Shown piece by piece: positions 51,905 through 62,921 of a stretch of 64,000 bases of DNA (within the stretch, counting starts at the first letter, position 1; each line of letters starts with the position of its first letter). The stretch comes from Candidatus Bathyarchaeota archaeon (lineage in GTDB: Archaea; Thermoproteota; Bathyarchaeia; Bathyarchaeales; Bathycorpusculaceae): positions 1 through 64,000 of the forward strand of contig CAWGZR010000006.1 in NCBI GenBank assembly GCA_963827165.1, given 5' to 3'. The notes under the pieces were generated by a model that saw only the letters and a program-made list of their open reading frames with translations, was not told the origin of the DNA and made no database searches. A program made the position numbers and the translations under genes.

Positions 51905-52393
51905 ATGCTTTACAAGAGCAACCAGAAAGAGCAACACAAAACCGGAAAAGAAGTTAACAAAAAAGGAATGTTTGTGGCAGTGTGCTTATTGTCCATTATT
52001 GTTCTCGGTGTTGCAATAGCAGGTTTTGGTTCAGACAAATCCATTGTCTACGCGAGTTCAGTGAACGGCCTTGGAGTTGGGATTTACTGGGATCAAACCT
52101 GTACAAACAGAACCCTTTCGCTCGATTGGGGGACCATAGAGGCGGGTTCAAACAATACTTTAACAGTATATATTAAGAATGAAGACAATTCGGCGGTTTC
52201 GTTGTCGTTGGAAACGTCAAACTGGGCGCCATCCGCTTCCTTGAGCTATATGTCTTTAAGTTGGAACTACTCAGGTCAAGTCCTCAGAACAGATCAGGTG
52301 ATTTCTCTGGAACTAACCCTAACTGTGTGCCCCACGATAAGAGGAGTAACCGACTTCAGTTTTGGCACAACTATAACCGCAACCGAGCAGTAG
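51905..52393 (+). CDS. Small secreted beta-rich protein (paralog of 47051-47506)
   Basis: Hydrophobic N-terminus, then VGIYWDQTCT...LDWGTIEAGS...SNWAPS...YMSLSWNYSG. Confidence 0.8.
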   Translation: MLYKSNQKEQHKTGKEVNKKGMFVAVCLLSIIVLGVAIAGFGSDKSIVYASSVNGLGVGIYWDQTCTNRTLSLDWGTIEAGSNNTLTVYIKNEDNSAVSLSLETSNWAPSASLSYMSLSWNYSGQVLRTDQVISLELTLTVCPTIRGVTDFSFGTTITATEQ

Positions 52394-52693
52394 CAAAAGA
52401 ATGAAGTTAATCCTCAACTGGGAAACATATTGAAAGCAACTACTTTTTGAGAGTTGCAACACCTGATGTTTGTGCCAAAGGGAAACCCAAGTACCACAGT
52501 CACGACTAACCTTAAAGAAATGAGCTAAAAACTCTTGAAAGAGGTCGTATATGGCAAAGCATTCAAAAGTTAACCCTTGTTCACTCAATAGGATAACGCA
52601 AAAATCAAGCTTAGTGCATATTCAATTGGCCGTATACAGAAGTAACCGACGAGCGCAATCAGTGGAATAGATTATGATTTCAAACATTCAAGA

Positions 52694-52891
52694 TCATAAT
52701 AAAGATATTACGGCAGTTATCAAGAACAATACGCCCAGCACGAACGCAAAATTGCGAAGTTTCTTAATGTCTGAGATTAGTGTCTTTTCTCCATAGAGAT
52801 AGGGTTCAACTACCGCTGTAACGAGTAGAAGGATGGCGCTCACAGCTAAGAGAGTATATAAATCTTGTAAAGTTATAGGCGGAATTAACAT
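52694..52891 (-). CDS. Small two-TM membrane protein
   Basis: Two hydrophobic helices. Starts 2 bp after the stop of the upstream gene. Confidence 0.6.
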   Translation of the reverse strand: MLIPPITLQDLYTLLAVSAILLLVTAVVEPYLYGEKTLISDIKKLRNFAFVLGVLFLITAVISLL

Positions 52892-52893
52892 TT

Positions 52894-53703
52894 TTAGAGT
52901 TCTTCCATGCGATATTCTATGATCAAGGTTTTAGTTTCGGGGTTTAACGTATCATTTTGTATTGTTATTGGTTTATCTGAGGCTTTGGCAAAGGCACATG
53001 CGAAAGCGCTTGCCAAAATGCATCCGACTTGCGCGTGCGTTCGAGGGTGATTATTTCTGGTTTCTTGGCAAAGTGTGTTGAATACGCTGCCGGTTACTGT
53101 CACGGTTATGGCTTTATCTTGTATTCGAACTTGAGCGTCTTCTGCAAATTTCAGGTTGTGTATTAGTTTCGGGATCATTTCCTGCATCTGAGGAAGATTA
53201 ATTTTTCTAAAAGAGAGACATAGTTCTTGTTCAAACAACAAAGAAAGTTCAAGTCCGGGAGGAGTGAGAAGCAAACCGTTTTTTTGCTCAGTGAATAACT
53301 TGTCGCTTGTTTCATTTGATTCAGGCAATGCCGTGTTAGCCGTTTTAGGTACAAATATGAGGCTAGAATCGAAGTTCCGAATGTTTTGGGGCGGCAAATA
53401 CACGCCCTTTTCGGCTGAGTTAAACTCTTTGAGGGAGCGTTCAATATTGCTTCCGCTTGCGCTTACTGAAGCTTTCAACAGGCTAAGAAACGCTTGTTTT
53501 GTTGGAGTAAAGAAGAGGAGAAGCACACTCCAGAAGGCTACAGAAACCCCCACAATAGCTAGAAATGATGAATCATCAAGTGCCGAGAACACGATCATTA
53601 TCAAGCCGGTTATTAGGACCACGCCTATCACGAGCACTGTGAATATATCGTGGCGGATTCGGGGTTTTTCGATTTGAGACATTTTGTTAACCTTTGTTTG
53701 CAC
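52894..53703 (-). CDS. Membrane protein with two N-terminal TM helices and a soluble domain ending in a V4R-like Cys pattern
   Basis: GVYLPP, PPG..L, C...H..VGC.LASA.AC..AK. Confidence 0.65.
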   Translation of the reverse strand: MQTKVNKMSQIEKPRIRHDIFTVLVIGVVLITGLIMIVFSALDDSSFLAIVGVSVAFWSVLLLFFTPTKQAFLSLLKASVSASGSNIERSLKEFNSAEKGVYLPPQNIRNFDSSLIFVPKTANTALPESNETSDKLFTEQKNGLLLTPPGLELSLLFEQELCLSFRKINLPQMQEMIPKLIHNLKFAEDAQVRIQDKAITVTVTGSVFNTLCQETRNNHPRTHAQVGCILASAFACAFAKASDKPITIQNDTLNPETKTLIIEYRMEEL

Positions 53704-53914
53704 TTTAATTAATATCTTGTTATAAGATCGATTGCCAATCAGAAATTCAATTTTTACAAGTTAGGCTTTTGTTGATCTGAAAGGAAGCTTTTTTTCGCCA
53801 CTTGAGTTTCCTATTGACCAACGGTCGCGGGTTAAAGTCGCATTACGAGGAAGTCATTTAAGACTGTTCTAGTACATGTCAATTGCCCTTGTTTGTTCAA
53901 TGATGAGTGAGTAA

Positions 53915-55021
53915 TTGATTTTGAAGTCCTTATTTAAAATAGCTATCGGTATATTTATGGCAGCCTTATTTATCATGCCCGCCTCCGCAATAAAGGTTCA
54001 ATCCCCAAGTTTAACAAGTTCATTAAAACTTCAAAATTGCACTTGGTTACTTCCGAATGATGAAGGCTTACAATTAATGAATGCTAGCCCTTCAGTTTGG
54101 CGGGCAACTGTAACCAGATTAGAGAGCGTAAACATTAATTGCATAATTGTTTGGGCAGGCTGGTGGAACACAAACCACACCATTAATTATGCGGATTCAA
54201 CAACGGTGTTGACTCGCTTTATAAACAATGTGAAAGTTGTAAATCCAAATTTTGTAGTTCTTGCTCTGGTTAACGGCGACGGTATAGATATCAGCGATTC
54301 TACGTATAGAACGGCGATGCTCAACGCTGTACAGAAACTTTTGTCTTCTGCACCGTTCGATGGTTTAAACGATGACTTAGAGAATTTCACAGGAACAAAC
54401 CAGAATTTAATTGATTATTGGCAAGCTGAAGCTAACATGGTAAAAGGTATGGGTAAGCTAGCGACTGTTGATCTTGGCGTGGATTGGTCTTACAGCATTG
54501 AAGACGTTTACCCGTTTCTAACTAATTTTAATTACATCATGCCAATGTTTTATTGGACAATCGAAAACGCAAACGCATTAGACTACTGGAACAGAATTCT
54601 GACTAATTCGCCTGTACCAGTGATCATGGGGCTAGATGTTGACCAAAACGAGATGAAGGATTTTCCTTTATCGCAACAGTTAAGTTGGATAAATCAGACT
54701 ATGGAAAGCAATCCGCATTCTAACTTGGCAGGGTTTGCAATCTGGGCGTACGATTATTGGGATAATTCAGGCGGAACATCAAACGATTTCGCAGCGTGGG
54801 CTAATTGGCCAACAAAGGGTTCGGTACCTTCCTCAAACCCCATGCCATCTGGAACCATCATTATAATAGTAGTCATAACCGCAACTGTTGCCGCCGCCGC
54901 AGCCTTTCTATTTAAGAATAAGACCAAAAAATTAAACACATCACAAGATCCACCCGTTAACAAGAAGCAGCCTCATTGGTCTCAAGCATTTTCCAGAGGG
55001 CGCAACGGCAAACCAGAGTAA
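53915..55021 (+). CDS. Membrane-anchored GH18-like TIM-barrel protein
   Basis: Signal peptide, FDGLNDDLE (variant of DGxDxDxE), YIMPMFY, VIMGL, LAGFAIWAY, C-terminal TM helix. Confidence 0.6.
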   Translation: MILKSLFKIAIGIFMAALFIMPASAIKVQSPSLTSSLKLQNCTWLLPNDEGLQLMNASPSVWRATVTRLESVNINCIIVWAGWWNTNHTINYADSTTVLTRFINNVKVVNPNFVVLALVNGDGIDISDSTYRTAMLNAVQKLLSSAPFDGLNDDLENFTGTNQNLIDYWQAEANMVKGMGKLATVDLGVDWSYSIEDVYPFLTNFNYIMPMFYWTIENANALDYWNRILTNSPVPVIMGLDVDQNEMKDFPLSQQLSWINQTMESNPHSNLAGFAIWAYDYWDNSGGTSNDFAAWANWPTKGSVPSSNPMPSGTIIIIVVITATVAAAAAFLFKNKTKKLNTSQDPPVNKKQPHWSQAFSRGRNGKPE

Positions 55022-55476
55022 GCTCATTTTGAGTGGAGGCTTTTGCTTTGCCTAGTACTTTTTTTGCCGACTAAAGACATAGTCCATCAATCACCATACG
55101 ATAATTGCAGCAGACATCATCAAAGTTGGAGCTACTCTGTTTTGTTTGGGCGTACAAAGCAAATAATGCAAATGTTTAGTAGAGTTTGTTGAGGGCGTGC
55201 TTTGCAACTTTCAAGTCAGATAATGTTTATTATGCCCACCCAAAAAATTCTTAGACAAGAGCCAAAAACCAAATACTTTTCAAACAAAGCTGATTGATAA
55301 ACAAATACAGTGTAGATTAATGGTCAAAGAAATCTAGGATATGAATTGAAAATCCTTGTTATTTTAATATTGATAATCAGACCTAAATTTAGCTTTCTTG
55401 TTGATATTGAAGAAAAAAAATAAGAAACATGAAAGTGGAAACCCTGTTTAGCAGGGTTCATTTATGGTTTGTTGTA

Positions 55477-58400
55477 TCACGGGCTCTTTGCTTTAACCGT
55501 TGGTTTTTTTGCTTTTCGTAATACAATCAAGACTACTGCAACTATCACAACGATGACTACGACTACTGTTACTCCGATGCCTACGTCTAGAGCTAAACTT
55601 GACTGAGATTTGCTTGGCGAAGCCGATGGGGTTGGAGATGGCGTTGGTGTTGCAGTAGGTTTAGCTGTTGGCTTAGGTGTAGGAGTTGGAGTAGCTGTTG
55701 GTTTGATTGTTGGAGTAGGTGTAATGATAGGAGCTGATGTCGGATATGGAGTTGGAGACGGAGTTGGAGATGGAGTTGGCGTTGGAGAGGGAGACGGAGT
55801 TGGAGATGACGAAGTTGTTAAAGATTCGGCGGCTGTTATTGTGTCGGTTCCAGTTATTGTTGCTGTTGTAAAGGCAGAGGTTGCATTCGCGAATTCGGTT
55901 GATCCAGTGGTAGATGACCATGAAGAGAATGTATAACCGCTTGCAGAGGTGGCATTTATTTGAAGTGTACCTGCAGTCTGCCAAACACTGGAGCCAGATG
56001 GATTGGTTGAACCGCTTCCTGAAGGACTCACAGCAAAAGTCACCTGATATTGATCATCATAAAGCGGAACGATCGTTATGAGCCCATTTACCGTTCCTGA
56101 TGTGCCTGAAGTTGCAGCCCACTGCTCAGTTCCAGAAGTGATTAGATTATTAACGCTCCAGGTTGAACCAGCATCCAGCCAAACCGTTAGAACAGAAGTC
56201 GTCAAAGTATTCGTAGAAGGTTGACCTAAAGTAATCCCACTAAGAACGACGGGAGAAGAAGGCGTTGAACTGTCAGAAGTCGAGTAACTCGCAGTCACTT
56301 GATACTGAGTCGTGTATACTACGGACTGAGATGCATCAGCATTACTGACTACTATCGGCCCAGAGGAAGTTGAAACATATTGTATTCCTGTGCCGCCTGA
56401 TATTGGGGCTGACGCATTCCATGAGTAACTCCCTGAAGTTACGTCAGTGAATATTATGGAAGTTGTCGTTGACGGTGGTGACATTTGACCATTAAACATT
56501 ACGGTCCAAGATGTTGCAGATGGCAATCCGTTTTCGGTGAAAGTTACAGTGTAGTACGTGCCTAAAGCGTAAACATTACCATCATTAGAACCAACGTAGA
56601 CTATGCCGTTATCAACCGCGGGCGAAGACACAACTGGCCCGCCTGTAGTGTAGCTCCAGAGTTGGGAGCCACTTGAAGCATCCAAAGCATAAATCTTATC
56701 GTCATCTGAGCCTACATAGACCACTCCGTTGACAATTGCGGGAGACGAGTAAACTAAACTACCTGTGGTAAAGCTCCATAGTTTAGCACCAGTTAAAGCA
56801 TCGAAAGCATAGACATTGTGATCATAAGAACCAACGTAGACTACACCATTATATACAGCAGGAGATGACTCGACCGCACTGCCAGTGGTATAATTCCAAA
56901 TTAAACTGCCGCTGGAAGCATCCAAAGCATAGACATTAGCATCATTAGACCCAACGTAAACTACACCATTGACTACAGCAGGAGACGATTCTACAGGAGC
57001 GCCAGTAGTGTAACTCCAGAGTTTGTTGCCGTAGGTAGCGTTCAGAGCATAGACATCACCATTATTCGAGCCTACGTAGACCACGCCGTTGGAAACAGCG
57101 GGAGATGAATAGACAGAGCCGCCTGTGGGAAAGCCCCAAAATTCAATCCCTGTGGTTGCGTTCAATGCATATAGATCGCCGTTACTGGTTCCAATGTAGA
57201 CAACGCCGTCATTAACCGTAGGAGATGAAAAAACGGCGTCGGTTGTGAAGATCCACATTTCAGCCCCAGTGGTGGCATTCAGAGCATAAACATAGCCGTT
57301 ATCCTCGGAAGCGATGTAGACAATGCCGTTATAAACTGAAGGGGATGTGTCGATTAGACCGCCGGTGGTTTCAGTTAGGCTGGTACTGGTGAAGTTCCAT
57401 ATGGCAGCACCGCTTGAAGAATTTAAAGCGTGAACATCACCGTCATAAGAGCCAAAGTAGACGATACCGCCAGATATAGCAGGAGAAGAATCAACTAGGC
57501 CGCCAGTAGTGAAGTTCCACTGTTGGCTGCCAGTTGAAGCATCCAGAGCGTAGACATTGCCATCATAAGAACCGACAAAGAGTAGACCGTTAACGGTGTC
57601 AACAGCTGGAGATGAAAAAACGGGACCGCCAGTGGCAAAACTCCATACCTTTGTACCAGTACCGGCAGTTAAAGCATAGACACTATCATCACCTGAGCCA
57701 ACGTAAACATTCCCGTCGAAAACAGCAGGAGATGACCAAACCTCGCTTCCAGATTTATAGCTCCAGAGCTTAGCGCCAGTCGCAGCATTCAAAGCATAAA
57801 TATAATCATCCCAAGCACCTACGTAGACTACGCCGCCGATGACTGCAGGAGTAGACTGAACTAGTGGGCAGTGGGATTTTGAAACGCCCATATTTTAGCG
57901 CCATTTGTAGCATTTAAGGCATCAACATAACCACCACCAGTACCTATGTAAAGTATGCCATTGACCACATTAGCAGAAGAATCAACTAAATCATCAAAGC
58001 CAGTACCGTAGGTCCATATCTTAGCACCTGTTGTGGCATTGAAAGCATAAACATTATTGTCCCAAGCACCAATATAGAGGAAACCGTTGACGACGACAGG
58101 AGATGAATCAATCGTGCCGGCTGAGGAATCTGTGGAATTGCTCCATATTTTGACACCGGTTGCGGCATTCAAAGCGAAAATATTTCCGGCCCAAGAGGCG
58201 ATGTAAACAGTGCCGCCGACTATAGCAGGGGACGCCCAAACTGAGCTCCCAGTGTTAAAGCTCCACAGTTTAGCACCAGTCGCAGCGTTTAAAGCATAAA
58301 GATTGCCATCCCAAGAGCCGACGTAGACTACGCCGCTATCTACTTTGGGAGATGACCAAACTGCGCTGCCCGTGGTGAAACTCCACAGTTTAGCGCCGTT

Positions 58401-58667
58401 TGTTTCATTTAAGGCATAAACGTTGCCACCATTAGAACCGATGTAGACAATGCCGTTGGCAATAGCAGGAGATGAAACAATCCAGCTGCTCGTGGTGTAT
58501 TTCCATAGTTCGGCACCGCTAGAGGGGTTTGATGTGGAGGCTCCTGTGTGCGTGGTATCGTGGTGGAAGGTCGTCCAATCATCGGTAGCACTCGCCACTC
58601 CAGCATATATAAACGAAAATAATAATACAGCTAAAAGGAACGATATTGCAAGTTTCTTTTTCAACAT
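55477..58667 (-). CDS. Large PQQ-like (BamB-type) beta-propeller surface protein, frameshifted near 57865-57885
   Basis: Many SSPAV..G.VYVGS.D..VYAL.A.TG...W...TG repeats across both ORFs. Signal peptide in 57861-58667; Pro/Thr linker and TM anchor in 55477-57891. Confidence 0.88.
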
Positions 58668-59416
58668 TTCACGGTCACCTTACAATTAAATGGTTGAATT
58701 AATAACGAAATTGGAAATTCGACTATTTGGAAAAGTATCTTCTTCATGTTCTTCATCCTCACTTTTCTTGTTTCTCAAGATTTAGTTTTATAAAGAGATC
58801 TCTATTTAGGTTTAATTTCGTTCAAAGAGTATCTACTATCGTGATATAAACGTTTCTTTGAACCAAACCGTTAACTAACTGGATACAGAGCGCTTTTTCA
58901 CAGATTAGTCAAGTAAATTGAGGTAAAGCAGTCATTTTCTCCGCATCTAAGGTGAAAGTCTCGCCCACATTTGCCAGAAGTTCAAAAAATGAAAACAGAA
59001 ATAAAATATTGAAAACGAACAACTTGATTTCGTTCTATTTAATGAGCGAAAAAGCCATAAAAAAACAGCAGTTCATAACGCTTCAAACATATTTCAAAAT
59101 TCCTTTCGAGAAGCCATTGGCATAACCGTGTTTAGCCCATTTTTATTTTCTGAATTTCTTTTTTCCGGTTTAATGTGACTACTGGATAGCTACAATAAAT
59201 GTTTAATTTAATGCTTAAATTCAAATTAACAACATAAATTTCATGACGAAAGCAAGTAATAAGAGTGGACTCAAGCGTTCCTGAGAGGGAAATGGATTAA
59301 CATTTTTGAAAAAGTGATTAAGTAACGATTTTGAAATATTCCGATTTTCGAAATATGCTTAAAATTGAGTTTAAACTATATGTTAAGGAGTTCATTTATT
59401 AGAAATTATTGGAGAT

Positions 59417-62400
59417 GTGAAGAAAGTGCAGAGACCGCTCAAGATTTTCGTAATATCAATCATCATGATAACGATGTTAACTACTGGAATATTTTGTCCA
59501 GCCAAACTGACAAAAGCACAGCAAACATCATCAGGAGTAGTCACGATAGCTTTTGACGATGGTGATCAAGACCAATATAACTATGCGTATCCATTGCTAC
59601 AACAATATGGGATGGCGGGAACATTCTATGTCATTACTGGCTTTCTGGGTACAAGTGGATACATGACAGTTCCAGAGCTTCAAACTATGCAAGCTAACGG
59701 CAGTGAAATAGGCAGTCATAGCGTTGACCACCCAGACTTTACGCAAATATCTGATTCCCAAATTAACGAGGAATGTAATGAATCTCAACAATTCCTTCAA
59801 TCCAATGGTCTCTCAGCTGTAAACTTTGCTTATCCATACGGAGATGCAAATAGCCATACCGACAGCATCGTTCTTCAATATTACAGGTCAGCACGATACT
59901 CATATCAATCAAACTGGCTAAACCCAATATCGCCCTCAACAGATATTCCTATGGGATTTGCAGGCGAAGCAGCAAGTGTCACTACAGCATTATCACAAGA
60001 TGAAGCAGCAGTAGATCAGGCCATAGCAACAAACAGTTGGGTAATCATCTTTTTCCACCACGTTGTCCCTGCAGCGAACGTTGCTTCATATTTGCCGTAT
60101 GGAATAGACACAACTGACTTCAGCACTTTACTCAGTTATATAGCTAATGCACGCGTGGCCAGCGGCCTTAAAGTTTTAACAATTAATCAAGCATTAAATC
60201 TCGGGTCTATTTATCCGCCTTCAACGTCAAATAAGGTTGTTGTCTCACCTTCATCGCCCAATATGGATACTGGTCAAAGTGAGACCTTCGCTGCGTCCGC
60301 TTGGGGCGGCACAAGTCCATATAAGTATCACTGGTACTTCAACGGTCAAAATGTTGGCGCAAACAGCCCGAACTTCACATTTGACTCGTCATCAGTAGGC
60401 TCATTCCCCTTATACGTCAACGTGACTGACTCGTCCAAAACTCCATTAACCATTGAGTCAAGAACTTTGACAATCCAGGTTAACTCGGCATTGGCTACCC
60501 CAACCCTCTCAATTGACCTTGACACAGTTGACCAAGGCCAAACCTCAACCTTAACCTCAACTGACATCACTGGAACCGGCACAAATCCATATACTTACCA
60601 ATGGATGCAAAAAGCTCCTGGAGACTCAAGCTTCTCAACGATTAACAACGCAAATTCACCAAGTTATAACTTTGTCACTGACAGCGCTACAACTACAGGT
60701 GCTTGGAACTTCAAGCTCCAAGTAACTGACAGCGCCGACTCACCATCCACAACAACTTCCAAAGCAGTTACCGTTACAGTGAGCCCTGCACTAGCCACTC
60801 CAACCGCTTACGCCAGTCTTGGCACAATTGACCAAGGCCAAACCTCAAGCCTAACATCAACCGACATCACCCAAACAGGAACAAGCCCATACACATACCA
60901 ATGGATGCAACAATCACCTGGTGATTACAGTTTTTCAATTATTAATAATGCGAAAACAAATAATTATGACTTTGTTACTGACGACGATACAGCAACAGGA
61001 ACCTGGAACTTTGAACTCCAAGTAACTGACAGCGCAGACTCACCAGTAACGTTGATTTCTAATGAAGTCACAGTCGTTGTGAATCCTACATTGTCAACCC
61101 CTGCGATTAATGCTAATTCTGGTTCAGTTGACCAAGGCCAAACCTCAACCTTAACCTCAACTGACATCACTGGAACCGGCACAAATCCATATACTTACCA
61201 ATGGATGCAAAAAGCTCCTGGAGACTCAAGCTTCTCAACGATTAACAACGCAAATTCACCAAGTTATAACTTTGTCACTGACAGCGCTACAACTACAGGT
61301 GCTTGGAACTTCAAGCTCCAAGTAACTGACAGCGCCGACTCACCATCCACAACAACTTCCAAAGCAGTTACCGTTACAGTGAGCCCTGCACTAGCCACTC
61401 CAACCGCTTACGCCAGTCTTGGCACAATTGACCAAGGCCAAACCTCAAGCCTAACATCAACCGACATCACCCAAACAGGAACAAGCCCATACACATACCA
61501 ATGGATGCAACAATCACCAGGTGATGGTTCTTACTATGCGATTAGTAAAGCCATCTCATCTAACTATTCTTTTGAAACGTCCGGTTCTACGATTACGGGA
61601 TCGTGGAGTTTTGAGCTCCAAGTGACAGACAGCGTAGGGACTGTTGTTAATTCTAGCCCTGTCACTATTATGGTGAGTTCTGCCTTGGTTGCTCCAACTG
61701 TTTCGGCTTCTGCGGATACGCTTGATCAGGGCCAAACTTCAACCTTGAGTTCCACAGATATTTCAACGGGCACAAGTTTGTATACATATCAGTGGTTTGC
61801 GAAGGCTCTCGGCGATGGTTCTTACTCGGCGATGAGTGATGCCAGCGCACCTAGCTATTATTTTGACACTTCCAAGTCTACCACAACTGGGGCTTGGTCA
61901 TTTATGCTTCAAGTCACCGATGCTACGGGCGTCGCTGTGAATTCAACTGCGGTCGTGGTTACGGTGAATACCGCACCAGCCGTGAATGTGTCACCTACTT
62001 CCCAAACAATCTATGTTGGGCAGTCTCAAACACTTACTGCCACAGCTTCTTACGGTTCAAGCGACCTAACTTACCAATGGTACCTCAACAATAACCCCAT
62101 CGGAACCAACAGCTCAACCTACAACTATACTCCCGACAATGCGGGCTCAGCCTCAATCTATGTAATACTCATAGACTCCGCCACTAATCCACAAACAGCC
62201 ACCTCTAACACTGCAAAAATAATTATAAACGCGCTAACCATAACCACAACTGCAGGAACAGGCGGTACCATAACCCCTTCAGGGATCGTATCTGTCAACT
62301 ATGGTAGCAACCAAACCTTCAACATAACTCCAAACACTGGCTACACTACAACACAAGTTACAGTAAACGGAAACCCAATCGGCTCAGCTAGTTCATACAC

Positions 62401-62704
62401 CTTCACAAACATCCAAAGCACACAAATTATAACGGCAACATTCACACTAATACCCAACTCAACCTCAGCACCAAATGACACGCCGACACCTGCACATACC
62501 ACTTCGCCTAAACCTACAACATCGCCCACTCCAACAGCAACACCAAACGCTGCTCCAACTTCCAGTACGCCTGATTCGCCTAACAAAGCTCAATCAAGCA
62601 ATGCTCAAGAGATAACCTACGGAATAACGGCAGCGGTAATTGCCGTTGCAATTGCTTCAATAGCCGCATTTGTATTACGAAAAAACATAGAACACAAAAA
62701 CTAA
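59417..62704 (+). CDS. Surface-anchored polysaccharide deacetylase (NodB/CE4) with Ig/PKD-like repeats
   Basis: Motifs TIAFDDG, GTFYVI, EIGSHSVDHP, FAYPYG, FFH. Repeated YTYQW...LQVTDS modules, Pro/Thr linker, C-terminal TM helix. Confidence 0.88.
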   Translation: MKKVQRPLKIFVISIIMITMLTTGIFCPAKLTKAQQTSSGVVTIAFDDGDQDQYNYAYPLLQQYGMAGTFYVITGFLGTSGYMTVPELQTMQANGSEIGSHSVDHPDFTQISDSQINEECNESQQFLQSNGLSAVNFAYPYGDANSHTDSIVLQYYRSARYSYQSNWLNPISPSTDIPMGFAGEAASVTTALSQDEAAVDQAIATNSWVIIFFHHVVPAANVASYLPYGIDTTDFSTLLSYIANARVASGLKVLTINQALNLGSIYPPSTSNKVVVSPSSPNMDTGQSETFAASAWGGTSPYKYHWYFNGQNVGANSPNFTFDSSSVGSFPLYVNVTDSSKTPLTIESRTLTIQVNSALATPTLSIDLDTVDQGQTSTLTSTDITGTGTNPYTYQWMQKAPGDSSFSTINNANSPSYNFVTDSATTTGAWNFKLQVTDSADSPSTTTSKAVTVTVSPALATPTAYASLGTIDQGQTSSLTSTDITQTGTSPYTYQWMQQSPGDYSFSIINNAKTNNYDFVTDDDTATGTWNFELQVTDSADSPVTLISNEVTVVVNPTLSTPAINANSGSVDQGQTSTLTSTDITGTGTNPYTYQWMQKAPGDSSFSTINNANSPSYNFVTDSATTTGAWNFKLQVTDSADSPSTTTSKAVTVTVSPALATPTAYASLGTIDQGQTSSLTSTDITQTGTSPYTYQWMQQSPGDGSYYAISKAISSNYSFETSGSTITGSWSFELQVTDSVGTVVNSSPVTIMVSSALVAPTVSASADTLDQGQTSTLSSTDISTGTSLYTYQWFAKALGDGSYSAMSDASAPSYYFDTSKSTTTGAWSFMLQVTDATGVAVNSTAVVVTVNTAPAVNVSPTSQTIYVGQSQTLTATASYGSSDLTYQWYLNNNPIGTNSSTYNYTPDNAGSASIYVILIDSATNPQTATSNTAKIIINALTITTTAGTGGTITPSGIVSVNYGSNQTFNITPNTGYTTTQVTVNGNPIGSASSYTFTNIQSTQIITATFTLIPNSTSAPNDTPTPAHTTSPKPTTSPTPTATPNAAPTSSTPDSPNKAQSSNAQEITYGITAAVIAVAIASIAAFVLRKNIEHKN
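60525..61518. repeat. Exact ~394-bp intragenic direct repeat (60525-60918 = 61125-61518)
   Basis: Line-by-line identity at a 600-bp offset (in frame). Confidence 0.92.
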
Positions 62705-62921
62705 GACATAAGGAAGCGAGAGAACGAGGCAACACGACATAATCGGTCTTAAGCCACAGGTAATCACACTCAGGACAACACAAACAAAATCATACAAACA
62801 TAGTCACGACTGACGACAAAGAAAACTCGTAAAAAACGTTCAAAAAAAACACAGACGAGTGAAGCTTTCGAAAGCCTAACCCTTACACGTCTGCCAAAAT
62901 TTATTAAAAAAAGATTTGACT

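Noticed and set aside
55610-55810. Pro/Thr-coding low-complexity repeats as a separate repeat element
   Set aside because: Explained by the (PT/PS)n linker found in all the anchored surface proteins here.
55477-58667. PQQ-dependent dehydrogenase
   Set aside because: Only generic Trp-docking propeller repeats with stalk and anchor; no dehydrogenase active-site motifs recognised.
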